From positions 1-58,013 of the forward strand of contig NW_021833685.1 of assembly GCF_006345805.1 (NCBI RefSeq): 58,013 bases of DNA, written 5' to 3'. Below the pieces are notes generated by a model that had not been told where the DNA came from, made no database searches, and was given only the letters and a program-made list of their open reading frames with translations. Position numbers and translations under genes: made by a program. Of this stretch, positions 12,848-26,007 are shown piece by piece. Positions within the stretch are counted from its first letter, which is position 1; the number at the start of each line of letters is the position of its first letter. This DNA comes from Octopus sinensis (taxonomy: Eukaryota).

Positions 12848-12939
12848 ATGTGTATATTTATATGTATATATATATATATATATATATGTCTGTACATATA
12901 TATATGCTTAAATATATATGCATATATACATGTATGCAC

Positions 12940-12974
<35 letters not shown>

Positions 12975-13140
12975 CTTACATACATATACATACATACATA
13001 ATATATGTATGTATATATATATATATATTATATATATATATATTTATATATACGTATATGTTTAACAGATTGGTTTCCGCCATTAACGCCCTAGGGCATG
13101 ACTAACTCAATGACACCACCTATATATATATATATATATA
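12471..13140. repeat. Tandem duplication, 330-bp period, of a microsatellite block plus a 60-bp unique island
   Basis: tttaacagattggtttccgcc...gacaccacc is identical at 12731-12790 and 13061-13120; the flanking microsatellite interruptions also repeat. Confidence 0.9.
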
Positions 13141-14270
13141 TATATATAACATATCTTTATAGGCCAAGGAAAACAATAGATTCTCCTGTGAATCTATCTC
13201 ATTAGCAAGCTGAAATGTGTCACCAATTATTTTCTCAGAAATATATATCTATATTTTTATTTTTATTTTTATTTCTAATCTTCCCGTATTTGCTTTTATA
13301 ATTCATTCATAAATCAAAGTATTAACTTTGGAATGTCAAGTAATTTACGTATTTACAATTCTAACGACTCGTCTTCTGCTAACTAAAACCGAACGTATAA
13401 ATTCTTACCGAAGCTAAAAAGACAACCAATAAAATTATTCAAAAGAATTGCAAAAAAATATTAAAAGAAATGAAGAACACCACAAGGAAAATGGTTTTAA
13501 TTCAGTTGCTATTTGCATGAAACTTTTATTACCATCCTTTGATAAATGGTGTGTCACATAAGGACAGAAATTAGCATAAATGATGGTAAAAGAACTTCTT
13601 AGATTAACAGCATGAAAATATTTATTCCTGTTAGGGTGTCATTTCAATAAACCACACGAGGAAGCAAACGACCAGAAATTGATACTTTCCTAGGTGTATA
13701 TACATATGTGTGTTTGTATATGTGTGTATATAATACACACACACACATATATATCACATTTGTTGCGTATGTATCTATATATCTATGGGAATATGTTTGA
13801 GTATACGCATATCATTATATGTGTAACCCATTTCTCTATGTCATTCATCGCTGCCTTATATTTCTTTCTATACAATAAACACATTCTTTAATCTTCCATG
13901 CAACCATGTTGTTCGTTTGTTCGTTTCGCCCTCCTATTTCGCTAAAAACTTCAATCTTTATTCAAATATTACGAATGTACGTATTACGCAATCTGGAGAG
14001 TGTTACAACTCCTTGTGTTTGATATAAAACTACAAAAGTAGCAACGTGTTGAAGAGCAGAGAAAACTAAATTTCTAATTTGATTCTGGGGAAAGGCTTAA
14101 CCTTAACTATTGGGAATTGTAAGAGAGAAAGAGAAATTTCAAGAAAATCGACAATATATATTTTTTTTATATACGGGATTGACATATGTAATGGCAATTC
14201 TGACCCTTGTTTTCAGGCAAAGACAAAAAACATCATTCTCTTCCGAGTGGCATTATCTACAAATGCTTAA

Positions 14271-14478
14271 GGGAGCGAGCTGGCAGAAACGTTAGCACGC
14301 CAGGCGACATCCTTAGCGCTATTTCGTCTGTCTTTGCGTTCAAATTCCGCCAGCTCGACTTTGCCTTTTATCCTATCGGGGTCGATAAATTCAATACTAG
14401 TTGCGTAGTAGGGTCGAGCTACTCTAGTGGTCCCCTCCCTACCAAATTTTGGGTTCTGTGCCTCGAGTGGAAAAGATT
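14271..14478 (+). mobile_element. SINE family A copy (second tail type)
   Basis: gcgagctggcagaaacgttagcacgcc head, gttcaaattcc B-box, tatcctatcggggtcgataaa core. Confidence 0.85.
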
Positions 14479-15286
14479 TTCTGCAAACGCTTCTTTTGAG
14501 TGGTCGCCAATTGCTTTGGCTTACTAAGAAAGCGGAAATATATTTTCGTTCAGTACGATTTTTATGATTAAGAAAAGCTGTAGTATGTAACTTGAATGTA
14601 CGTAAAGACATGAATTTCAATACAGCGGAAATTAGGTGATGTATTAAATAACGTTGGCACCGAATCACAATGTTGACATGTGTTTATCAATAAGTAAAAA
14701 AAAAAACTATTGTCAGTCGATCAAGCCAAATATGCTGACAAGCGACATAAATGAATAAATTAATAGAAAAGTGTCTGTAGTTTTTCCCAAGATGCAATCA
14801 AATTTTTTACTCAATGTGCAAATTAATTTTGTGAAGTTAATTATTAATCATTTTCGATGATCTTTCATTTTTCTGCAAAAATTATCATTAACTGCTGTAA
14901 TTCTTTTTTTTTTTCGACAATTATTAGAGAATATTCCACTTCAAATATCTCGTTGCTATCTGTGAAAAGATGATATTCTGTGAGATGTAATGATACTGCT
15001 GTAGGTTGTAAGGGGAGGAATACTGTTCATGACATAATATCATCTTAATCCAAGACGGTTTCATAATTTCTATATCAATATAAAAATCCTATATCAATAT
15101 AAAATGAACAATATAATATTTACGAGAGGGAAGAAAATGCGGTGAACATTCATGAGCAAAAGGGCGCGGACGGCTAGCAATTATCTCCTTCAACAGGTGA
15201 TGATTATCATATTCCTTTAGTAAAGCATCTCTTTAGAAATCCATACCTTGTAGTTAATGTGTGTGTGTGTTGTGTACATGCACGTA

Positions 15287-15821
<535 letters not shown>

Positions 15822-17424
15822 GCGCGTGTGTCTACTTTTGTGTATAGATCTTAGTGCATATATGTATCGCTAACTCAATGCGACACTCAACGCGCAGTTC
15901 ATTGCTTTGTATAATTTATCATTAATTAATAATTTCAGAGTAGCAGATAATAAACGGGTAGAAGGGCTGTTAGTAATTTTTTTACTGACAACTCATTTCC
16001 TGAGTTCAAATCTAATTTAGGGAGTTCATTCCACATCACTCACTGTAATAAATAATTGTGAAGTAATGAAACCAATTAAATCAAGTAGGCACCATCCTAG
16101 AATGTGTCTCCCGAATGCGAAGTTTAGAAATTACCATTTGCTTGGTAATACATCAAAGACCTTTTTAATTCCTGCCGCACCTATCGCTCTTTTATCAGTT
16201 TTTTTTTTTATTTATTCATTTGGTTGTATTCTAATTGTTTCATATTCCATTTCTTCCTTTGCATCTCGTACATTTTCTTTCTCCTACTTCTTCCATTTTT
16301 TTTTTTTTTTACAAATTGAAACCTTTATGGGCTTGAGGTAAACACTGCGCAAATTTCGTAACTGACATCTAATAGAATAAGAAGCTATTGAAACAAACAC
16401 GTATCGCTCGTCTGCATTGGTATTTTGTTTCTCTTCGCATTTCTCTTCTGCTTCCTTTTATTCTATGCCTTATCAATTTTCATCATTTACAATTCTTTTT
16501 ATTTCTTAAATAGTTTTATATTTCTACAGGTTGTTCCTTGTAATTTTTTTTTTACCCTTTCTTTATAGTTATTAGTATCTGATAATAATCCTGCTTGTCA
16601 CTCAATTACACAGTCCATCCGTAACGCTTCCGCGTGATGAGTTCGAAGGAGAGGAGATGGGACTCGAAAGGAGGGGGAGAGGGCAGGACAGGGGAAGGGA
16701 GGGGAGATTTGATGATGAGAGCAATGCGTATGTTTTTTTAACTGATTTTTCTCCGTTATTTAGCCGGTTTGTAACGCTTTCCTGCGATTAGTTGAAGGGG
16801 AAGGCGAAGATCGAAAGTTAAACGAGAGAGAAAAATGGTGAAGTGTGAGAAAGAAAGAGTGAGAGTGTTGTGTATTAAGTCTATAAAGTGTGTAAGCTGT
16901 ATATATAAAAATGCATTTAGCAATCATCGTTTTCCAAATTACTTCACTTTTCAGTGATTTGCAAATAAGCAACTATTCTTTGATACAGGCTCAACACAAG
17001 GCTTCTACACTTCCAGGTTCTTGGAATAAAGTTTTCAGAAATTATCCAATAAGTTTACCTCTAATTCGGTGAAATACTTACAGGTTCCGCTAGTAACCGA
17101 TAAGAGAGGTGTCATAATTTTTTCCTACGGTTAAATGTCTTAGAGTTTCGCACACGCCACATTACTCTATTTCATGTCTTCAAACGATCAAAAGTGACCT
17201 TGCCTTTCATACTTCTGGAATCGATAAATGTGTACTAGTTAAATATTAGCACCTATTCAGTGGCTGTATAAGCCTGCCAACTTTGTCACCTTGTGTGAAT
17301 GTCAGAAATATTAGTACAAAATTATTTAGTGAGATGATAGTTAAAAGATACAATAGTAGCGCTAAATATACCGTATTTCATTTGAAATTTAATATTGCGG
17401 TCTTTAAAGTATTCACATGCGATT

Positions 17425-17937
17425 TTTTTCTGCCTTTAACCCTCCCACGCGGAGTATAGGCCACTTATAGTTGAATTCCATGTCGCATAATTTTTCGCTT
17501 CTGTACCTATACTCTGCCATAAAGGTCCCCCTTTCTCTAGTTCCTTTTGTGTTGATCTCCGCCACGAGTTCTTAAGCCTACCTTTCTTTCTATATCCATC
17601 TGGATTCCACTGTAAAACACTTTTCGCTACATTTGGTGTGTCTTTTCTAATTGTGATACCAATCCACTTTCACTTTTTCTTAAATATTTGCTCCCTAATC
17701 GAAACTTGATTTGTTCTTTGCCATGGCTCCATATTGCTTATGTGTTCGGGCCATCTAATTTTAAGTATACTTCACAAGCATCTGTTGATGAATGATTGTA
17801 TTTGCTTATTTGATTTAACTATTGTTCGCCATGTCTCAGCCTTTTACAATAACACCGCTTTTACGTTAGTGTTAAAAATTCTTATTTTGTTCTTTATTGA
17901 AATTACACATGCGCTCCACACTTTTTTAAACATGCGA
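17425..17937 (-). mobile_element. RTE-clade LINE 3' fragment (RT C-terminus), decayed
   Basis: Manual minus-strand translation: RMFKKVWSACVISIKNKIRIFNTNVKAVLL..AETWRT..IQSFINRCL*SILKIRWPEHISN..WIG..VLQWNPDGYRKKGRLKNSWRR, typical RTE motifs. Confidence 0.85.
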
Positions 17938-18042
17938 TTATGTAATAAAATTTTTCATCTAATGTTATTACAAATATCTGAAGACTTACCCTGAAATGAA
18001 AGATGACTTTCACATTGAATATTCACGCGTAAATGTGTGCTT

Positions 18043-18449
18043 GGATCTTTTCACTTTGACCGGCAGTTTTTTCTAGCGGTGTCATATGACATAATTATGA
18101 CCCTAGTATCGAGCTATTGCATTTCAATCTGTTTTAGGTTTAGGGTTAGGGTTATGGGTGGGGGAAGGGTATCTGTTTTTCTTCACAAATGTAATAAACC
18201 CAATCTGTTTCTTAAACGAGGGACATATTCATACGGCACAGAATGTGTCACCTCAATAGACGTCATTAATTGGTTGAAATTGCAGAAAGTGAAAAAAAAC
18301 AACAAATATCTTACAAACTATAGAATTTTCTCCATAAAGCCAAGAGAAAAAGATGTTTTATAAACACATTCTACCTGTATACGAAGTTTAAAAGTGTTTA
18401 GTTACGTGGAAATTATTAAAAAAAACTACCGGACAAACCGAAAAGATCC
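18043..18449. mobile_element. MITE, Merlin-like (GG...CC termini, 8-bp TSD)
   Basis: Termini ggatcttttc...gaaaagatcc; perfect GTGTGCTT duplication at 18035-18042 and 18450-18457; contains tttagggttagggtt; same family as 11279-11821. Confidence 0.8.
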
Positions 18450-18882
18450 GTGTGCTTATCTCATGTTCTTTTCATTAGTGGCCGTATTTTCTAGCTTAAT
18501 CAGTACAAAATTGCACAAAAACCGTTTCAATCTATCTGTGATCTCAATATAACCCATAAAACAATATTTAGTAAGTGTGCCTCATCCTTGTTTTTCCCGT
18601 GTTTTTTCTATATGTCTGGTTCTCCTTTTCTTCCCCTTCAATATTCTTGGTGAGATGTGAATGGAAAAAAGCTTGCTTATTTGATAAGGGATGCCTGCTG
18701 TTGTTTGATCGCTGGGAAGCTTTTACACAAATCAACTTGTTTATTGGCTCATACTGTATCTGCCCTATTCAGGTAAAAATATTTGTAGTTGAACGTTTTA
18801 ATGACAAATTAAGTTTGTAGGTAGAAAAATAATATCAGAATTGCATGAGATTTAATTCTGGTGTTGAAATGTGTGGAAATAC

Positions 18883-19082
<200 letters not shown>

Positions 19083-19086
<4 letters not shown>

Positions 19087-19272
19087 TTATCTACTTATCG
19101 TATTAGATAGATAAATCCACCTATTTCTCGATATATCTGTCTATATTAGTCTATTTATCTGTCTATCTATCTAGCTATTTATCTACTTATCGTATTAGAT
19201 AGATAATTCCACCTATTTCTCGATATATCTGTCTATATTAGTCTATTTATCTGTCTATCTATCTAGCTATTT
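19083..19272. repeat. 92-bp tandem duplication (2 copies)
   Basis: ctatttatctacttatcgtattagatagataa.tccacc... starts at 19083 and at 19175. Confidence 0.9.
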
Positions 19273-20200
19273 AGCTAATTATATATCTATCACTAGCTAG
19301 CTAGAAATGTGGTTAGATAGGTATATTTATTTGATAATAACAGCATTTCCGAACACATGCATGCAAATGGTACATTCTTCCGTAGATAAGAATATATAAA
19401 TAGATCTAGATATAGAAACAGATAGTAAGATAGATAAATTACTTGATACACCATTAGATGCCGTTTATCGATTATTAAAATAAATTAAATGTCAACGTAG
19501 TATTTTCAATGGTGAGATATAAAATTTCATAAGCAAGACACGAACAACTTCAGGTGAATAAGTTCTGCAGTAATTGCATGCAATATTTGTACATCTATGC
19601 TGTACTAAAAAAATTAATTTTACAATTTTATTTCTATAAATTTAATCTGACGTATAATATCTACAGCTTTTCAAACTTTGCGTTGTCGTTTTTATCCATG
19701 TCTTTGTAATTTCCGTGTATACTTTCAATGTTCCCTATCATTTATGATTCAGAGCGTAGACTTGATATTACCATTAACGTCTAAGATTAATTGAAATTTA
19801 ATTACAAGTATTAATTGCTAGACACTAATAAAAGATATACTACTAGGGTGACAACGATGATGATTATGATGAGGATGATAGTAATAATAACAATAACAGT
19901 AACATTGATGATGATGATTACGATGCCGATGATGATAATGATGGGAACTGTGGCTTTCCTATTTAATTACGAGTTAACACGTTTATGCTACGAATTTTTT
20001 TTTTCAAGATTTTCAACATTTATAAAATATTTTGTATTTCTATTGAAAATTACTATTAAAAATAAGAATGGATTCATTCATTTTAATTTTGTATGTGCCG
20101 GATATTTCGAGGAGTCCATGATCGCATACACAAATATATATAACAATATACGTGCGTGTACGTGTGTGTGTGAGTGTGTTGACATGCATCAAAGTAATGA

Positions 20201-20283
<83 letters not shown>

Positions 20284-20293
20284 TATAATGTAA

Positions 20294-20600
20294 AGGTGCG
20301 TAGCTACGAGCTTAAGGACATGAATTCAATTCCCGTTGATGCGTTTGTGTTCTTGAGCAAGACACTTGATTTCACGTTACTCCACTCCACTCATCTGACA
20401 AAAATGAGAAAATGAGAAGTACCTGTATCTTAGAGAACCAGCCTTGCCACATCCGGTATCACGCTAAACCTCCCTGAGCACTACGTTAGGGATACATGTG
20501 TTTCTGGAGTGATCAGTCACTTGCACGTTAATTGCACCAGTAGGCTTTTCGGTAATTCAGATAAACTGGAACCCTCGTCTTCGCAACCGACGCAGCAGCA
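20294..20600 (+). mobile_element. Diverged tRNA-derived SINE (family D, CORE-like)
   Basis: Degenerate B-box gaattcaattccc followed by gtgttcttgagcaagacacttgatttcac...ccactcatctgacaaaaatgag. Confidence 0.6.
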
Positions 20601-20758
20601 GTGTGTATATTGTATTTATAGACAGAAAGATGCGTGTATATATGTTTGGTGTTTTTTTGCTTCTTTAAACATGTACTGAATTCCTCTCAACTCGACTTTC
20701 ATCCCACTGAGTACTTCATGAGTAACAAGTCTTTTTAGTGTTCTCTCTGGTCTCATTC

Positions 20759-20908
20759 ATATTTCCTGTGGTTTCTTGATATTTCCTGGGGTTTCTTGAT
20801 ATTTCCTGGAGTTTCTTGGTATTTCCTGGGGTTTCTTGTTCTTTCATACAATGGTTGTATTCGTTTCATAGAATGGTTGTTCTTTCATACAAGGGTTGTA
20901 TTCGTTTT
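20759..20908. repeat. Minisatellite: 4 x 20-bp atatttcctgNNgtttcttg followed by a short ~20/40-bp repeat
   Basis: Directly visible units. Confidence 0.85.
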
Positions 20909-20985
20909 ATTCGCTAATTTTTAGGTTGCGCTAATTCTTATTTGTTGATTTCGCTAGTGCTTGTCAATATACAGATCACAATTAT

Positions 20986-21200
20986 GGCGACGAGCTAGTA
21001 GAATCGTTAACACGCTGGAGAAAATGCTTAGCAGCATTTTGTCCATCCTTACTTTCTGAGTTCAAATTTTGCCGAGGTGGAATTTGCCTCACATCCTTTA
21101 GGAGCCGATAAAGTAAGTACCAGTTGAGGACTGGGGTCCATGTAATCGGTATACCCACTCCGCCGAAATGTCTACCATCATGCCAAAAGGAAACCAATAT
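20986..21200 (+). mobile_element. SINE family A-related copy, diverged
   Basis: ggcgacgagctagtagaatcgttaacacg head, gagttcaaatt B-box, gataaagtaagtaccagttg core. Confidence 0.8.
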
Positions 21201-21404
21201 ACGATAGGTTGATTAGAAGTTCCTAGCTTTATTGCCAAAGGTCTGGTTGGCGGCCCAAACTTCACGGGCTTAGAAAAACTGAAGGACTATAGCAATTGTT
21301 GTGTGACTCGGAGAGGGAAATAATTAAGTGAACCGCCTTTTACCCCATCGTATCGATTGCAATATCCTGATTTCGCAATCTTGATTTTTATGAAATTCCT
21401 TATA

Positions 21405-21793
21405 TTTGGACGTTATCAAAGAAACGTGAGAGGCGATTGGATGGAACTTACACTCGACTCCTTATGAGAGCTCAAAATCTCTCGTGGACGCGTCATCCAA
21501 CCAAAGTACAAATATATGGGAAACCACCACCTGTATCATCTTTTTGTGAAAGGTAGAATAGTCTAGTTAGCTGGACATTGTTGTAGAGTTGAAAACGAGG
21601 TAATTCCTACTCTTCTCCTCTGGAAGCCATCTGCTCGCGATACCAGAGGGCGCACCCTCTCCTACACTAATGTAATCTCGAGGGATACAGGCATACAGCG
21701 ACAGGACCCCCATAATGCTATGATGGACCGTGAGGTCTGGCGTGGTACGGTAAATTCCATTGTTTCGACCACGGTCGATCAATGACGATGATA
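21405..21793 (+). mobile_element. RTE-clade LINE 3' fragment with (GAT)n tail
   Basis: Manual translation WTLSKKRERRLDGTYTRLLMRAQNLSWTRHPTKVQIYG..LAGHCCRVENEVIPTLLLWKP..AMMDREVWR; ends tgacgatgat. Confidence 0.85.
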
Positions 21794-22204
21794 TTGGAAC
21801 AGTTTCCAATTTGCCTATGCTCTTTTTTAAAAGTTATCTTACACTTTACTTGATAAATAGTTTCGATATAACTGAAGTCGCTAAAGATTATTTGGAAATT
21901 CTGTAGCGTATTGCGATGTGTGTAAACTGATAATGTTTTCTCTTCGTGAATTCTTTATTTATTTTCTGTTGCTGCTTGTTTTCTTTTCGTACTTATCCTC
22001 CCTGCTTTGGTATTTCCATTGATCTATTTTCATTCGATGTTTATCCTGGACGTATAACGGTCCATTTCTATACAGGAATTTATTCTGGTGTACTTAACAT
22101 GATATAATCTACCACCAAATGTAATTTTTGCGTAATTATTACGTTTGTTCCTGCTCTTTGCGGTATACAAATTGCATAACCTTGATTCATTCTGTAAGGA
22201 CTGC

Positions 22205-22412
22205 AAATTGGCCGGCTGGCAGATTTGTTACCGAGTCGCACAAAATATTCAGTAGAGTTTCTATCGGCTGCGCCTCTTCTCTGTTCAAATTCCGCAGCAG
22301 TTGATTTTGTTTTTGATTCTTTCGATGTCAATAAAATAAGCACTGCAGTTGATATAAGTGACTAACCTTCACCTCTAAAAATCGCTACTTCTTTCCCCAA
22401 ATTTGAAACCAT
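22205..22412 (+). mobile_element. Old SINE family A-related copy
   Basis: gctggcagatttgtta head, gttcaaattccgc B-box, ccaaatttgaaacc tail; heavily diverged. Confidence 0.55.
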
Positions 22413-23067
22413 TAACATACATATCAGTTTGCATTTATGTCTTTTATTATCACTTCAATTTTAAATGTTACAAGTTAGTGGTAGCGTAGCGTTCCAACAT
22501 CCCACGTATTGTGGCGATATATTCTTTACCGATTTATATAACTTCTGAGCCACACTTTGCTTTCTTTTTAGGTTTAATTTATTAGGAATAGCTCAGTTTT
22601 TAGATAATTTTCGCCGGATTGTATGCCAATATTTAGCGGATAATATTGCTGACTGAACACTTTAAAAATGTAATTGTATGCTTGAAACATTTTTCATATG
22701 TAAAACATATAGCAGATTTCTTTTCAAAACTATATGAATAAAAATATTTTTCTCGGCTTAAATATCGTTGATTTAGATTTGATTATTGGCTTACGATTGA
22801 AATCTCTCACATCATTTATCAATTACATTATGTCCATGGATGCTTTGAGAGATTGTTATGATGAGGTCTCTACATAGCCGTATTCTTAGTTGCTGGCAAA
22901 TATTCATTGATTTTCTTACAAATATAACCATATTAATTCGTTGCCTTTGAATTATCCTATCACCAAATGTTTACATACAAATCTCTTTGCTTCTTCGTTT
23001 ACCCACAATGCATTATTGTAAAACTCAGCAGATATTCTCGAGCTTATTAAATTGGATATCAATTAAA

Positions 23068-23272
23068 GGCGGCGAGCTGGCAGAAACGTTAGCACGCCGG
23101 GCGAAATGCACAGCCGTATTTCGTCTGCCGTTACGTTCTGAGTTCAAATTCCGCCGAGGTCGACTTTGCCTTTCATCGTTTCGGGGTCGATAAATTAAGT
23201 AATCGACTTAATCCGTTTGTTTGTCCTTGTTTGTCCCCTCTGTGTTTAGCCCCTCGTGGGTAGTAAAGAAAT
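23068..23272 (+). mobile_element. SINE family A, well-preserved copy (tRNA head plus Meta/MESC-like core)
   Basis: Head ggcggcgagctggcagaaacgttagcacg, B-box gagttcaaattcc, core gcctttcatcgtttcggggtcgataaattaagta; TSD-like attggatatcaatta / attgtctatcaatta. Confidence 0.9.
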
Positions 23273-24241
23273 ATATATTGTCTATCAATTAGCCAATGAA
23301 AGTAGAAGAGTTATGAAAAGTTTTGATTTACAGATAGAATTATGCAATATCGAACACAATGCGGGTAATATGTAAGATTTCTAGTTTTGGTCACTGCACC
23401 AATAGTTAATGTAAGATGTCATTTCAATTTGCCTAAAATGTTTGAATTTTATATATTCCAGGGAGATTGGACGCAAAACCTATTTCGCCTGACTTTCTCT
23501 TTGTTGATTACTCCGCAATTATTAATTTCCTAAAAACTTAATTTTCTTGTATTTCAGTCTGGAAATGTATAATACTTAATTCTTATAAGTCTTATTTCTA
23601 TTCCTTAAGTTTTTTCTTCTATCTTTGAACTTGTTACCAGACCTTCGGCGCATTACTACGTTGATATAATATACAATGCTTGTTCACTTTTTGAATATAT
23701 TAAGTTCACAATATATATATGAAGAGACAGGATATAGATAAGAAAATTCCCTAGCGGAATTCGTTCGCCATGAGTTTGTTATGTACTCCAACGCCATTTT
23801 CATTCTTTGTTTATAATTCAGGCTTCTTTGTTAAGCCCAAATGAGATGCGCCTAATAGGAAAAGTGCAACAATATTACTTGTATTATTTACTTTCTTACT
23901 TTCGTAGACGTAACAGATAAAATCAATTTTATTTTAAGTGAGAACAAAACAGCTACTTATTGTATACTATCTCTCATTGGACAACATACAAATTTCACAA
24001 ATAGCTGTTGAAACTGAAATTCCTCACACAGCGCTAAAGCAAAATATCAGTGTGTACAATATAGAACGAGAGGTCTAATGGAAGTTGGCGTGGTCACGAT
24101 TGGAATGCCTCTTATCATGTAAGTGCAAAGATGTACAGAGCAAAGACAGGTGTAATGCACATATGTATCCAATATATCTACATATCCTCTCTACTGATCA
24201 AATTTGAGGAAACATTAAATTGAATATATATATGTATATAT

Positions 24242-24453
24242 ACTCTTTTACTTGTTTCAGTCATTTGACTGCGGCCATGCTGGAGCACCGCCTTTAATCG
24301 ATGAACTCGACCCCGGGACTTATTCTTTTGTAAGCCCAGTACTTATTCTATCGGTCTCTTTTGCCGAACCGCTAAGTAACGGGGACATAAACACACCAGC
24401 ATCGGTTGTCAAGCAATGCTAGGGGGACAAACACAGACACACAAACACACACA

Positions 24454-24493
<40 letters not shown>

Positions 24494-24659
24494 TACTACG
24501 GGTTTCTTTCAGTTTCCGTCTACCAAATCCACTCACAAGGCTTTGGTCGGCCCGTGGCTATAGTAGAAGACACTTGCCCAAGGTGCCACGCAGTGAGACT
24601 GAACCCGGAACCATGTGGTTGGTAAACAAGGTACTTACCACACAGCCACTCCTGCGCCT
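24242..24659 (-). mobile_element. tRNA-derived SINE family B, full length, with internal (TA)/(TG) microsatellite
   Basis: Minus-strand head aggcgcaggagtggctgtgtggtaag..ggttcagtc; highly similar to the copies at 37727, 50398, 51605 and 53115. Confidence 0.9.
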
Positions 24660-25964
24660 ATATATATATATATTTTTTTTTTTCTTCTGCTATAGTTACA
24701 GTACCTGGATATACAATTTATATTTGATCATTTGATACTGCTGCAATATACACCATAAATGAGAATTCAAGCAGATATACACCAGTAATGATCATGATAA
24801 TAATAATAATGATGATGATGATGATAATAATAATAATAATAATAATAATAGTAATAGCAATAATATTTATAGAAACGAATTCATATTTACGAGGAAGTGA
24901 TATTAGATCGAGATATGACTTTATGTAATTATGACCAGTCTATTCACATTTACTGTATACTTCTATACAGTTAGAGAATAGATTCCAAAATACGTTACCT
25001 TATAATGGATATCTGTAATATATTAATATATTATCGTCCAAGAAGATAGTTTCATACAATTACGTTCAATGTCTTTTATCGCTCACACAGCTGTCGATTC
25101 ACGAAAATGTTTCTAGCGTTATATTGATACTAAATATATTATAGTGGAGTCGATTAATATGTAACGAGTTGATTTAATTACACACACTAATATGTAAACG
25201 ATTTATCTTAAGTATTTTACAGGAATACATATGCAATCGTTGTCTTCATAGTTTAGCATTTGTTCCTTCGAAAAAGCTGCAGTGCTTGATGTAAAAGAGA
25301 TGTGCGTTTTAAACAGTGAATACATATGTACGCAAAATAAATTTCTTTCTATTTATAAATATTAATATGCACGTACACATACAGTCACATACATACAGTC
25401 ACACCGACATATATGTGCATATATATGTGTCTGGTTATTATTTAGGTGTCTGTTTATTATTTAGTTGTAGGATTCGTTAGAGCCTAGGCGGATCAGCATG
25501 AAAGACGTCAGGATTAACTGGTTAAGCAGTATTGAATCTACAAGTTGAGGCATCTATCAGTTGTGGTTTGTTATTTCACAGTCCACCATAATAGATACAT
25601 CTAAAGTACCTATGTATGTATGTATGTATGTATATATATATAAAACCAGATACCAATGGGAGCTACAGGCTATACTGTACCCATCCCAAAGATACGTACT
25701 CAAATGTTAAAATCATCTGGTTTGTGGAAACACGTGTAACGATGTATGACATATTTATACATTCGTTATTTGTACATTAAGGATACCATTGGATTTAGGT
25801 TCAGAAAAACATCTTAATATTTTAACAACTTTTCATGCATGTACAGATATTTAAGTAATCTATATACATGCACGACCATATATATGAAAAAACAGACAAA
25901 TGCTTGCGTATAACCAAGGCACTCGCATGCATGTTCGTATATATATATATATATATGCACTTAT

Positions 25965-26007
<43 letters not shown>

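Noticed and set aside
16620-16820. gtgatgagttc...ggactcgaaag resembling a hammerhead core, with a diverged repeat near 16771
   Set aside because: First core base is wrong and there is no stem III or stem I; likely an old repeat fragment.
18136-18160. Telomeric TTAGGG repeats
   Set aside because: Only 2-3 units and internal to a MITE; not an interstitial telomere.
25725-25750. GAAA-CACGTG-TA palindrome
   Set aside because: No upstream CUGANGA box or stem I partner; insufficient on its own.
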